From: an uncultured Nitrospiraceae bacterium
GTDB lineage: Bacteria > Nitrospirota > Thermodesulfovibrionia > Thermodesulfovibrionales > Dissulfurispiraceae
Direction: 5' to 3'
Length of the DNA stretch: 64,000 bases
Assembly (NCBI GenBank): GCA_963727805.1
Contig: CAVSHF010000005.1
Span: 352,001-416,000, forward strand
This document shows positions 30,062 to 40,283 of the stretch, in pieces. The notes below the pieces were generated by a model. The model saw only the letters and a program-made list of their open reading frames with translations. It ran no database searches and was not told the DNA's origin. Both the position numbers and the translations under genes were made by a program. How positions within the stretch are numbered: the stretch's first letter is position 1; every line of letters starts with the position of its first letter.

Positions 30062-30704
30062 GGAGCACAACCTCCTGTCCATTCTGATCCATGCGGATAT
30101 GATCTATGAGTCGTGTGCCAAGTCGTTCCATCTCATCCATTGTCTTTGATTGCAGATGAGAAAAGAAATTAAATGAAAACAGGGCCACGATGGCTATGAT
30201 AAGACCAAAAGTAGTTGCAATTAAGGCCTGAGCTACGCCACCGGTAATTCCGGTAGGATTGACCAGACCACTGCCTCCAATCAACCTGAATGACTCCATC
30301 ATCCCGATAATTGTACCTACAAGCCCCAGAAGCGGCGCCGCCGTCACAATGGTTTCCAATACCCATAGCCCTCTATGCAGTGCTTTTTCTATCAATTGTG
30401 CCTCGTCAGCTGCCCGAGACTCGACCCACCATGCTGGGTTCACCCGGTTTGCAACAATTACCTGAAAGAAACGCCCGTAATAGCTTCCCGGGGCAAGAGA
30501 CTTCATCTGTTCATCTAAGTCTGTCCATGAAAAACTATAGGTCTCAATCAGCAACAACAGAGATTCGGACATCCTGACATAGCGTCGGTATACAAAAGCT
30601 TTATCCAGAGAAATCACTAATGTTGCTACACCTAAGACAAAAAGCGGATACACCGCCATACCGCCAAATTGCAAAGTATTTAATGCGTTAAGCAAAGCTT
30701 GCAT
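30048..30704 (-). CDS. exbB: MotA/TolQ/ExbB proton channel
   Basis: APLLGLVGTIIGM, ALIATTFGL. Confidence 0.9.
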   Translation of the reverse strand: MQALLNALNTLQFGGMAVYPLFVLGVATLVISLDKAFVYRRYVRMSESLLLLIETYSFSWTDLDEQMKSLAPGSYYGRFFQVIVANRVNPAWWVESRAADEAQLIEKALHRGLWVLETIVTAAPLLGLVGTIIGMMESFRLIGGSGLVNPTGITGGVAQALIATTFGLIIAIVALFSFNFFSHLQSKTMDEMERLGTRLIDHIRMDQNGQEVVLHETA

Positions 30705-30975
30705 ACTGCCACTCCTTCATGTCGTGTATTTTTAGTAAGGTTGGTCGGCAAATCGCGACAATTATCTCTATTATATAACGATCGGGGATACGGAATCTCT
30801 TTGAACTGTCTCTAATCACCCCTTTCTCTGTCTTGATGACAGAATCTTTGAATCCACTACTTTGAATTAATTCGAGCGCAGCTTCTAATATCCTGGTCAT
30901 ACTAAGCGCTATCAATACGCGTTAAATGCACTCTTATACGCGCCGGGAATCCCTCTTTCAAATGTGGGGTGCGCG

Positions 30976-31003
30976 CTGGAGTACGCGCACCCCAGGAGGA
31001 GGC
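30976..31003 (-). terminator. GC-rich hairpin downstream of the TonB-dependent receptor
   Basis: GGGGTGCGCG...CGCGCACCCC. Confidence 0.45.
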
Positions 31004-31069
31004 AGCAGATGTTACCATCCGTCGCCTTAGGGAGCTCTGAAATTATAAGCATCTTTTTTGACACGCTGC

Positions 31070-33178
31070 CTAAAAGTTATATACGAGGCTTAAACGAACG
31101 TTGAAAGGTTCTACCGGTTTGAAGTGGATATCATTAACTGCTGCGCCCGCTGGTTCAGTAGACAGTCTGGATGCATAATAATATTCGATATCGCTGGTCT
31201 TTGCATTAAGCAGATTAAACCCCTGCAACGTTGCCGTCAAATATTTTGAGAATTTATATCCTACTTGCCCTTCCAGTGTAGTCGAGGATTTTGAACGTTG
31301 GCTATTGTCCTCAATAAGAGCATAGGGGCCGAGATAGCGCAGCCGAAGGGAACCGAAATAAGGCCCCAAAGCGTGTACCGATACGCCGAGGGAGCCAACG
31401 CCCTCATTCGCTCCCGGGATGTGATCTTTTATTGTAGGGTCCGTTGGATCCGGAGCAGTGAAGCGCGCCACAGTATAAGAAAAATCTGCGTCTATTGTCA
31501 GCCAACGCACAGGGGTATAATAATTGGCAAATTCAAAACCTCTGCGCCGGCTTGGCCGTCCAGGCGAGGTCTCACCTTTATCGCCGTCCCACTGAAGTTC
31601 TGAATCGAAATCCAGTTGAAAAAATGTCAGTGAACTCTGCAGCCCGGGGACTATAACAGTGCGCGCGCCAACCTCGTATCCCTTGGAGCGAACAAGCGGT
31701 TGTACCTTTTGATTCGGGCCTGCCGTTGGGTCGCTTACAGGTACCGAGGTATCGATAGCACTGCGACCGTCATTACTGTGAAAGCCTTCTCCCACATTTA
31801 TGTAGAACTCTGTTTTTGCCCAAGGCCCGAATATCAGGCTTAACTTGGGACTAGCTATGCCGTCTGAGGTCTTACCTGAATTGGCTGTCGCAGCATAGTC
31901 GTTTATCCAGATGAAATCGCCGCGCATACCAGCAACTGTACGAAACTTTTCAAACCAATGAATAGTGTCTTGAAAATACGCCGATGCCATTTTTTCGATC
32001 ACGTGGTCAGCCCGCCAGATTTCAAGGAGTTGCCTATTCTCGGTATGGTTAAGTCCGACAAAAATACTGTCATTTTGCAGTTGCATGCCTATGGTATTCT
32101 CCATGTCAAAGCCCGCCAACTTGTCAGTCCGCGTATGGCTGGCGTTAAATGCAGCCGTTATTCTCTTATCCCATTGTTCAAACTGATCTCCGTGTACCGG
32201 GTCATCCAGAAAATAGGTGAAGTTGGAAAACAAGGCCATAGTCTTGTCAATAATATAGATATTGGATTTGGTAATTGAATTGCTTTCAGTGTGCTTCCAG
32301 TCCGCAGAGAGGCTATAGCGACGGGTAAAGGAAAAGTCACTAGGGTCAAGCGTGCCCCACCGTGATATTAAACCGGAGTCTATAGCTCGTTCAGCAATCT
32401 GATTGGTTGCAACTCCCTGACTTGTGTACGCCATTGCAGCGATGGTAAAGTGGTCTTTCCCCTCCCCAAAACTGTATCGCAATACTCCGTTCCATTTCCG
32501 GAAGTCCGCTTTATTATCCCACGGACCATCGTTGTGTTCGTATTCAACCGCTCCCAGCAGGTTGCCGATCCCAAGCTTTATAGAATCCGCAAAGAGCGTG
32601 CGTTGATAGTTGCCGGTCCCCACAGTTTGTAAAGCTATCCCCTGCTTCAGAGTATCCACATAATTGATATCTACCGCGCCCACGGAGGAAAAATCGCCGT
32701 ACTCGGCATAGTAAGGCCCCTTCCGGTATTGCATGTCGCTTATGAGTTCGGGGATCATGAAATTTGTATCGGAATATCCCTGGCCATGCGCATTTGTATG
32801 CTCATTGACCAGCATGCCGTCAACCGTAATCCTTATATCTGTCCCATGGTCAAGATTAACTCCCCTGAGAAAGTATTGGTTGGCCTTACCTTCTCCGCTG
32901 TGCTGGGTAACGATCAACCCCGGCACCACTTCCAACAGTTCTCCATTGCGATAAGCAGGTCGACTCTCCAATTGTTGCTTAGTTACAGTTCCTTCATTTG
33001 CTGAATCAGCGGTGCCTACCAGGTTTTCAATCGAGTCGGTTACTTCTACGACATCCAATGTCTGGATGCCTCCGGCGTAAGCGGGCGATGCAAGCAGTAA
33101 TAATACAAATGATTGGAGACAATATTGAATTGGCTTTCTTATCAAACTCATATTGAACATTGTCAAAGTTCTCCTCAT
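31070..33178 (-). CDS. TonB-dependent receptor (possibly Ni/Co uptake)
   Basis: Plug QHSGEGKANQYFLRG..LDHGTD; C-terminal YNF; substrate inferred from context only. Confidence 0.88.
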   Translation of the reverse strand: MRRTLTMFNMSLIRKPIQYCLQSFVLLLLASPAYAGGIQTLDVVEVTDSIENLVGTADSANEGTVTKQQLESRPAYRNGELLEVVPGLIVTQHSGEGKANQYFLRGVNLDHGTDIRITVDGMLVNEHTNAHGQGYSDTNFMIPELISDMQYRKGPYYAEYGDFSSVGAVDINYVDTLKQGIALQTVGTGNYQRTLFADSIKLGIGNLLGAVEYEHNDGPWDNKADFRKWNGVLRYSFGEGKDHFTIAAMAYTSQGVATNQIAERAIDSGLISRWGTLDPSDFSFTRRYSLSADWKHTESNSITKSNIYIIDKTMALFSNFTYFLDDPVHGDQFEQWDKRITAAFNASHTRTDKLAGFDMENTIGMQLQNDSIFVGLNHTENRQLLEIWRADHVIEKMASAYFQDTIHWFEKFRTVAGMRGDFIWINDYAATANSGKTSDGIASPKLSLIFGPWAKTEFYINVGEGFHSNDGRSAIDTSVPVSDPTAGPNQKVQPLVRSKGYEVGARTVIVPGLQSSLTFFQLDFDSELQWDGDKGETSPGRPSRRRGFEFANYYTPVRWLTIDADFSYTVARFTAPDPTDPTIKDHIPGANEGVGSLGVSVHALGPYFGSLRLRYLGPYALIEDNSQRSKSSTTLEGQVGYKFSKYLTATLQGFNLLNAKTSDIEYYYASRLSTEPAGAAVNDIHFKPVEPFNVRLSLVYNF

Positions 33179-33228
33179 AAAAACACATGATTTATTAACC
33201 CTTTATTTCGCTTCAAGAGTGATATATT

Positions 33229-33927
33229 TCAGATTCTTTGCCACCAGTACATACTTACAAGAGCACTATCTTTCATCCAAAGATGATCTTCCTCGTACAT
33301 GAGCTTATCACTCAAACTAATCTCCTCCCGACAAAACAGCGGACGCCCTTTTTTGTAAACATTGTGTTCTACTGCCTCGCCAAACGAATGATAAGCAAAC
33401 GAGCTTTCAGTTTCGTATGATTTGGCAAACATAAGATCGTAGCTGTCATTCGGCCATTTAACTTCCAGATCCGGGCACTGCTCAGTTATAACAAATACGT
33501 TCTTCGGTTTCGCTTCGAAGACCCTCGCTGATGCATGATTGAAGCCGGATCCTGTGAGGCGGAGACTGTTGCAAGCCATGATCAAATCATAATTCGCAAT
33601 ATAGGGCAGAGGTACGTCTTCCAATTTCTCTTCGCTGACTTTAACCCAGTCAATCCCCCTGTTGAAAGCTTCTTCGTAGAGAAGGTTTCTCATTTCAACA
33701 GAAGGTTCCATAGCGGTAACATCGCACCCAATGGCACAGAGTGGAAGAGATAAAATACCGCTGCCAGCCCCAATATCCAGTACTCTCCAGCCGGGGGCTA
33801 CCATAGTGGTGAGCGCATGGATAATCCGGTCGTGATAGTTGTTGTGTTCCATCCAGAGCTTGTACCACGGGGCATAACCGTCCCAGAAAGGAACGCTCGC
33901 AGCTTTTTTGCAGATTGTCTTTACCAT
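33229..33927 (-). CDS. Class I SAM-dependent methyltransferase
   Basis: VLDIGAGSG motif I; GGAGGA RBS at ATG 33927. Confidence 0.88.
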   Translation of the reverse strand: MVKTICKKAASVPFWDGYAPWYKLWMEHNNYHDRIIHALTTMVAPGWRVLDIGAGSGILSLPLCAIGCDVTAMEPSVEMRNLLYEEAFNRGIDWVKVSEEKLEDVPLPYIANYDLIMACNSLRLTGSGFNHASARVFEAKPKNVFVITEQCPDLEVKWPNDSYDLMFAKSYETESSFAYHSFGEAVEHNVYKKGRPLFCREEISLSDKLMYEEDHLWMKDSALVSMYWWQRI

Positions 33928-34005
33928 GCATCCTCCTGTGGGATATATTTCTCCTTCGTGGAGGATCCAGCCTTCAAGGCTCGATGGTTCGGTAAGGAAG
34001 GTCAA

Positions 34006-34052
34006 TAAAAAAGCCATGAATGACGCACCTTCGTGGCGCATGCCTTCATGGC
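34006..34052 (-). terminator. Intrinsic terminator in the 5' leader of the methyltransferase-TBDT operon
   Basis: Minus strand AGCCATGAA...TTCATGGCT followed by a T run. Confidence 0.6.
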
Positions 34053-34274
34053 TCAATTCGTAATGTAATAAATAAAACTAACCACGGACTTCTTGTCCGT
34101 GTGATCCATGCTACCTCAACTCATAATATCTTGTCAACTAATCGTCTCGCTTCTGCCCGTGCAGTTAATGAGTCACGCCGACCAATTAAGAGAGGCACAA
34201 ATGTGTGATCTGCAAAAAGAGGCTAAGTCCTGTCTACTTACTTTCCCTTTTCTATAATTCTACTCGTTCACTTT

Positions 34275-34517
34275 TTAATGCTTATGGTAATGAGAATCTT
34301 CTTCGTGTTTGATGTGGTTATGATCATGAAGGCCGTGATCTCCGGTGTGCTCATGACGCTCTGCCTGAGGCGTATGCTCATGTGAGTGCTCGTGGTCATG
34401 CTCATGCGCGTGCTCATGCATATGTTCATGTTTTTGATTATCGTGGGTATGCTCGTGATTATGACTGTGATTATGCTTGTGTGAGTGCTGATGATGATGC
34501 CCTTGTCCTTCTTTCAT
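34275..34517 (-). CDS. Small His-rich protein (31 His in 80 aa)
   Basis: HxHxH repeats; GAGAGG RBS. Confidence 0.75.
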   Translation of the reverse strand: MKEGQGHHHQHSHKHNHSHNHEHTHDNQKHEHMHEHAHEHDHEHSHEHTPQAERHEHTGDHGLHDHNHIKHEEDSHYHKH

Positions 34518-34747
34518 TGCTGTACCTCTCTTATAACATTTAAATACGTCAATTTCTACGATAAGGCGGCGGTTCATCTGCTTAAATAAATTATCGTTAT
34601 TATTCCTTTCAGTGTCAATAAGTGCCAAAGTTAAGAAGACAATTGAAGGCTGAGTTACTTGATGCATTAAAGCATGGATTAAATCACGTCCAATTAGATC
34701 CTTAATCAGCATCCCATGTCCTCTCAGAAGGACTGATCCGAATGTTT

Positions 34748-36724
34748 TCAGAAATCAAGGGAAAGACCCCCGAGAAAGTTCCTCGTCGGTGAGGGATAAT
34801 AAGCCCTTTGTAGAGGGTACCCGCCTATGACGCCGTACTCAGAATATTTTTTGTTAGTCAGGTTATTAAGATTTAGAAACGCCTTAAAAGGCTTCAACCG
34901 ATAAGTAAACTTTGCATTCAATAAAACATATGCGTTCTGATTGCTGAAGTCATTTGAGAAGTCGCTGATAAAAGGCCTTTCTCCTATATAGATTCCATTG
35001 AGTATTGCGTCGGCCTCTTTTGTGATATGGCATACCACATCCATAGTTGCCTTGTGCCGCGGAACATTGGGCACATTTTTCCCCTCAAACATACCTTCTT
35101 CAATCTTGGCCTTCAAGAATGTATATCCGCCCCTTACTGTAAGCCAATCAGTGGCTTTAGCTTCAAAAGATATCTCCATCCCCTCCCTGCGAGTCATACC
35201 ATCCAGGTTTTCATTCTCGTAGAGCACCGGATTGTAAATAATCTCCCGATCGGTATCTATCTTGAAAACATTTAAATGTACAGATAACGCATCACTGAAA
35301 GAGTGTCTGACGCCGATCTCGTAATTATTAGCTGTCTGAGGCAGAAGGGCGGTATTGACCGTATTGGTAATAAAACTATAGAGTTCGTCAAGGACCGGAT
35401 ACCTGAAACTTTTTGAATAACTAGCATAGACAGAGGAATTCTTGAAGTAGGTATAAGTGATCCCTGCCGTATATAGGTCTGTCGACATCGAGATACTGCC
35501 AGGCGTGCTTGGGTTGAAGCTATAGTTCGCCCTCTCATGCCTATATCCTGAGGAAAGGCTTACCCCATCGCTGAGGGTAACCTCGTCGTGAGCGTATAAC
35601 CCTACAGTCTTCTCTGTTAGCTTGAAGATGCCTAGAGACTCAAAACCGAAGAAGATGGAATCATCTACAATATCTTCATTCACTTTCTGATAGTCAATAC
35701 CGGCAGTCAAGCTGTTTTTTATAGAGCTAAAATTATTTTTGATGATGACCTGAGGCGAAATGGCACTCGTCTTGATCGCACTGTCTCCGGAGAAATTCCC
35801 CCAGTCTCCCGAACTGAAAGAAAGAGAGTCCCTTCTTCTAAAAGATGTGTCGAGGCGGAAAACGTCTTCCCCGTAAAAATACAGCTCCGGTGCTAGCCGA
35901 AGGTAGTAATCCTTCGTGTCCGCGAAATCATTGGGAAATTTCGAATCTGTTCTCGAAAATCCGGCTGCAAAGTCGCTATCGGTCAGTGCCCCAGGAAGCC
36001 CCGTATGGTCTTTGTGATAGCCGCCGCTGAAGTCGATCTTCAGGTAATCCTTCACAGGGTAGACAGTATGAAAATCGAAATCTCTAGCCACGGTTTTGCT
36101 GTTGTCCCTGTATCCGTCGGATGCAAGATAATTCCCCGACAGATGCAGCGATAGATCCTTCAGACTCCCCGAAACATACGAAACAGCCTTGAACGTTCCA
36201 TAGCTGCCTGCTGCGAGATTAGCCCCGGCTTTTAATCCGCCGTTCCCTTGTTTCGTGATAATGTTAATAACCCCGCCCGCAGCGTTATCGCCATAAAGAA
36301 CGCTTCCCTGCCCCCCGCGCACAATCTCGATCCTGCTCACGTCTTCCAGAGGGATAACCATCCAGTCTACCCCGCTCAGGTCGGCCTGGTTGACGCGTCT
36401 GCCGTCAACGAGTACCAAGGTGTTCAATGGTGCAGTTTCGCCAAAGCCACGCAGATCGACCGTGTAAAACCTCCCGGTTCCATTGATATCGTTAACCTGA
36501 ACTCCGACCTGATTCCTCAGGAGTGCGGGGACATTCTGTGCATTTGACTCTCTGATGTCTTTTTCTGTTATTACCGAAACGTTGGCGGGTATAACGGCTG
36601 TATTCTCATCATATCTTGTCGCTGTGACAAGCACCTCTTTAAGTGTGGTCTCTTCCGCTCTGACTTCTCGAAACAGTGATAGTAGCAGCACTGGCACAAA
36701 TAACAGTATCCATATATTCTTCAT
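34748..36724 (-). CDS. TonB-dependent receptor, BtuB-like
   Basis: VLVTATR TonB box, DLRGFG, IEIVRG..SVLYG; downstream of a B12 riboswitch. Confidence 0.88.
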   Translation of the reverse strand: MKNIWILLFVPVLLLSLFREVRAEETTLKEVLVTATRYDENTAVIPANVSVITEKDIRESNAQNVPALLRNQVGVQVNDINGTGRFYTVDLRGFGETAPLNTLVLVDGRRVNQADLSGVDWMVIPLEDVSRIEIVRGGQGSVLYGDNAAGGVINIITKQGNGGLKAGANLAAGSYGTFKAVSYVSGSLKDLSLHLSGNYLASDGYRDNSKTVARDFDFHTVYPVKDYLKIDFSGGYHKDHTGLPGALTDSDFAAGFSRTDSKFPNDFADTKDYYLRLAPELYFYGEDVFRLDTSFRRRDSLSFSSGDWGNFSGDSAIKTSAISPQVIIKNNFSSIKNSLTAGIDYQKVNEDIVDDSIFFGFESLGIFKLTEKTVGLYAHDEVTLSDGVSLSSGYRHERANYSFNPSTPGSISMSTDLYTAGITYTYFKNSSVYASYSKSFRYPVLDELYSFITNTVNTALLPQTANNYEIGVRHSFSDALSVHLNVFKIDTDREIIYNPVLYENENLDGMTRREGMEISFEAKATDWLTVRGGYTFLKAKIEEGMFEGKNVPNVPRHKATMDVVCHITKEADAILNGIYIGERPFISDFSNDFSNQNAYVLLNAKFTYRLKPFKAFLNLNNLTNKKYSEYGVIGGYPLQRAYYPSPTRNFLGGLSLDF

Positions 36725-36959
36725 AATTTATTCTCCATTTGTTTATAAATGATTATCAGCAACACAGTTGTCGGCAAGTTGATAGCAAAAGCATTTCTGT
36801 CATCCTGATTCATTGGAAACTACGGAACGCCGACATAAATCCATGCTCAGGAGGATTTCACTGTTTGTTTGACCTGGATGTCTTATCCAGTCCCATTAGT
36901 CTTTCTGTACCGTCTCATCCTGACCTCCCTCTTCCCTCGAAGGGTGTAGTAATTTTTGA

Positions 36960-37180
36960 GATATTCAGGGTCTCCTGACTCAGGGCAACCTACTCGCCCG
37001 CCTTCCCGGATTTGACACCAGTGGCTTTCACAGTGATAAACTTTCTTCTCGGGTACGTAACGGCTTTTCACCATGCTCCGAGATTTAAAGCCAGCTTTTC
37101 ACTGATCGAAGGCTTTCGTTCCCTTTACAGTTGCGGGGCAGTTCCCGTATTCCACGGGATTCCCCTTGAATACCTCTGTG
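36960..37180 (-). ncRNA. Cobalamin riboswitch
   Basis: Minus strand GGGAATCCCGTG...CCCCGCAACTGTAA...GCCACTG...GGGAAGG...GAGTCAGGAGACC. Confidence 0.9.
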
Positions 37181-37297
37181 AAATTGCCTAAAGCAACTTC
37201 AAGAATATTGTTGCGTACTCTCCATCTCCACCGTGCCATTGGCAATTAGGCGCTTCAGTTCTAACCCTTCCTTTGATTGCCGCATGCTGCATCATGT

Positions 37298-38074
37298 CTA
37301 ATAATTCTCCTCGAAACTTATGTATGCATCTCTTTCGCCTGCGTTTTTAATGTCTACCAACACATCAAAGGCCTCCATTATCACCGGGCGAGTCAATACC
37401 GCCGAGGGGCTGCCGATGCCGAGGATTCTACCACCTTTGATCACCATTACCTTCTCAAACCTCAGCGCAACATTGATATCGTGCAGTGCCATCACGACCG
37501 ATATGTTTCTCTCATCCCTCAGTCTCCTCAGGAGCCTGACCAGCTCAATCTGATACTTTATGTCCAGATTTGCAAGCGGCTCATCAAGAAGGAGTAGCCC
37601 TGCGCCCTGCAGGAGGGTCATCGCGATAAAAGCCCGTCTCCTTTCGCCACCGCTCAGATCCGAGATATGGGAATCTCCCAAGTGACCCAGGCCGACCATA
37701 TCGAGCGCATCGTCGATGCCTATCAAAGGAGGGATATCATAGGGATAAATCCCCATACCGACGAGTTCCCTGACTGTAAAGGGGATGCTAAAGTCGAGCG
37801 CCTGTGGAAGATAGCTGATTAGTTTAGCCCTGTCCCGGTCTTTGTAGGAACGAAAGGGTTTTCCCCAGAGCATGAGTTCGCCCGACTGAGGCTTGAGTAT
37901 TCCGCTACCGAGCTTGAGGAGTGTCGATTTGCCAGAACCGTTTGCGCCGAGAAGGCCGATGAATTCTCCTTGCCCTATTGCAAAAGACAGGTTTGCAATA
38001 AATGCCGAGTCTTTCCCGTAAGAGAAGCTTATTCCCTTCGTTTCGAGTATCGCTGGGCTAGCTGGAAAGAACAT
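37298..38074 (-). CDS. Cobalamin/siderophore ABC transporter ATP-binding protein
   Basis: GANGSGKST, LSGGERRR, LDEPLANLD. Confidence 0.9.
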   Translation of the reverse strand: MFFPASPAILETKGISFSYGKDSAFIANLSFAIGQGEFIGLLGANGSGKSTLLKLGSGILKPQSGELMLWGKPFRSYKDRDRAKLISYLPQALDFSIPFTVRELVGMGIYPYDIPPLIGIDDALDMVGLGHLGDSHISDLSGGERRRAFIAMTLLQGAGLLLLDEPLANLDIKYQIELVRLLRRLRDERNISVVMALHDINVALRFEKVMVIKGGRILGIGSPSAVLTRPVIMEAFDVLVDIKNAGERDAYISFEENY

Positions 38075-39020
38075 TCTTCCCCCTGAGTAGGTAAAGAAAA
38101 TAAGGTGCTCCGATTATCGCTGTTATTACACCGGCAGGTAGTTCCATCGGCGGCACGACCGTTCGACTGATCAAGTCCGCAATACAGAGGAGTGCCCCGC
38201 CGCTAAAAGCAGCCGCAGGGATGAGCAGCCTGCTATCGGAGCCGAGAAAGAACCGCACGATATGAGGGACGAGCAGTCCGATAAACCCTATCATGCCACC
38301 AAGAGAGACGGAAGCGGCAGTCATGAGGGCAACCGATACGAAGAGCAGAACCCTCTCGCGGTGCGGCGCAAAGCCGAGGCTGTGAGCAAATTCATCGCCG
38401 AGAATCAGCGCATTCAACGCTTTTGCGCGCATCGTCGCGACCGCGATTCCGGTTGCGACAAAGAAACAGCCATAAGGTACCTTAGACCAATCCGACATTG
38501 AGAGATCTCCGAAGATCCAGAGCATTGCCTTTCTCAGACCATCATCGCTGGAAATACTCATAAGAAGCATGAGAAGCGCCGAAAAAAGAAAACTGAGACC
38601 AACCCCGGCAAGGAGGAGCCTCTCCGGCCAAAGCCCTCCTTTTCTCCAGCCCATTATTCCGACTATGCCGCTGGTAATAACCGCGCCGGTAAAGGAAAGT
38701 ACGGGGACAGTGAAAGTGCCGAGGAAAGAGAATCCCCCAAGGATACCGGCGGCGGCGGCCAGAGACGCGCCGCTCGAAATACCAAGGACGTATGGATCGG
38801 CTAGCGGATTCCTGAGCATACCCTGAAGGACCGCGCCGGACGCACCGAGCGCCATGCCCATTAGAACCGCAACAATGCTCCTCGGCACACGGATGGAAAA
38901 AAGAATCTCCTTGGAGGTCTCATCCAAGGCGAATGGGTTTATGATATGCGGGCCTGCGACAACTGAGAAACAGAAGATAATCACAGCAACCAATACAATA
39001 ATTGCCATCCTCGCCTTCAT
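38058..39020 (-). CDS. FecCD/BtuC family permease
   Basis: RVPR, RNPLADPYVLGISSGA, GFIGLLVPH. Confidence 0.93.
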   Translation of the reverse strand: MKARMAIIVLVAVIIFCFSVVAGPHIINPFALDETSKEILFSIRVPRSIVAVLMGMALGASGAVLQGMLRNPLADPYVLGISSGASLAAAAGILGGFSFLGTFTVPVLSFTGAVITSGIVGIMGWRKGGLWPERLLLAGVGLSFLFSALLMLLMSISSDDGLRKAMLWIFGDLSMSDWSKVPYGCFFVATGIAVATMRAKALNALILGDEFAHSLGFAPHRERVLLFVSVALMTAASVSLGGMIGFIGLLVPHIVRFFLGSDSRLLIPAAAFSGGALLCIADLISRTVVPPMELPAGVITAIIGAPYFLYLLRGKNVLSS

Positions 39021-39850
39021 CGTTCCTCCATATATCGCGCCAGTTCCTCAATTCCGGTTACCGTTCTTGGGCCAAGCCTGTAGAGGTAATCTCCAACGTA
39101 ATAAACCCTTTTGTTTCTTACCGCCGGGACCTTATTCAGCCTTTCAAGTAGACCCTGCGAGACTTTTTCCATCATCCCAGTCCCCTTGCCGATAAATATG
39201 ATGTCCGGAGATCTTCTGATGATTTCTTCTATTGAAAACTTTGGGTAAGCTATCCTTGTTTCATCCGCGATGTTTTGTCCGCCGACGATAGCTATAGCAT
39301 CATCTGCTATACTGCCTGGACCGGCAACGATCAGTGGTTCGGGCCAAATAATAAACAGGATTTTTTTCTTTCTTGTGGTGCCTCCTTTAACACTTATCGC
39401 ACTGATGCCCGCCCCGATGTGCTCTGCCAGTGTCTCCGCTCTTTCCTTTTGCCCAAGGGCTCCTCCAAGGTCTCTGATCCCTTGAGGCAGCTCAGAAATC
39501 CGCTTTGCTCTGAATACATAAGTTCTTATCTTGAGGGAGCGGAGCCTCTCTTCGAATTCCTTCCGGTTACCGTCAAGCGCCATGACTACGAGATCGGGTT
39601 TCAGCGAGATCACTGCCTCTATCGAAGGGTTCTGCATACCTCCGACCATCGGCTTCTTTTTTGCCTCAGCAGGGTAATCAGAGAAACTGGCGACCCCCAC
39701 GATATTGTCGCCCAACCCCAGGGCGAAGAGTATCTCGGTCATACTCGGTGCGAGCGCAATGATCCGTTTTGGACTTTCGGCGGCGGCATTTGTCCACAAA
39801 AACAAGTGAAGACTAAAAAACAAAACAAATAGAACATGATATCTCTTCAC
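39017..39850 (-). CDS. Cobalamin-binding periplasmic protein (BtuF-like)
   Basis: RIIALAPSMTEILFALG, LKPDLV, RLGPR. Confidence 0.9.
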   Translation of the reverse strand: MKRYHVLFVLFFSLHLFLWTNAAAESPKRIIALAPSMTEILFALGLGDNIVGVASFSDYPAEAKKKPMVGGMQNPSIEAVISLKPDLVVMALDGNRKEFEERLRSLKIRTYVFRAKRISELPQGIRDLGGALGQKERAETLAEHIGAGISAISVKGGTTRKKKILFIIWPEPLIVAGPGSIADDAIAIVGGQNIADETRIAYPKFSIEEIIRRSPDIIFIGKGTGMMEKVSQGLLERLNKVPAVRNKRVYYVGDYLYRLGPRTVTGIEELARYMEER

Positions 39851-39967
39851 CTGTCTCCCCCCAAATAATTCACTTTTAAAAGTTTCAGCATGTGGAGCGT
39901 AATAAATCTCCGTGTCGAATCATATTTCGATATCGTCGAAGTAGTGGAACCGATATACATGCACATA

Positions 39968-40210
39968 TCAGTCCTGTGCAGTTTTCCGGAACAAGGTATT
40001 GTTTATTATTTCGAGTACGTAATCGTAACCCTCTTCAGTATGGGGTATGCTGCATCCTGAACAGTCCTTAATATCGTCTCTCATTACAAAGTCGCCGGAG
40101 CAGTCCAACAAGTAAAGCGGACACCAGCAAAAGAGACATGATTTCCAATCTCCAAGGTCGTGGCAAGGGTAAAAAAAGCAGTCGTTGTGAATGAAATATT
40201 TGTAATTCAT
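39968..40210 (-). CDS. Cysteine-rich small domain protein
   Basis: CFFYPCH, CLFCWCPLY, KDCSGCSIPH. Confidence 0.8.
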   Translation of the reverse strand: MNYKYFIHNDCFFYPCHDLGDWKSCLFCWCPLYLLDCSGDFVMRDDIKDCSGCSIPHTEEGYDYVLEIINNTLFRKTAQD

Positions 40211-40283
40211 ATCACACCTCCGTCGTGGTTACTCGTTCTGGTTCCTGATCAGTCGCGACTCGTACCAGAAAATTCCCATCTAA

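Noticed and set aside
33928..34056. N-terminal extension of the methyltransferase ORF
   Set aside because: Runs through a terminator hairpin; a better RBS sits at ATG 33927
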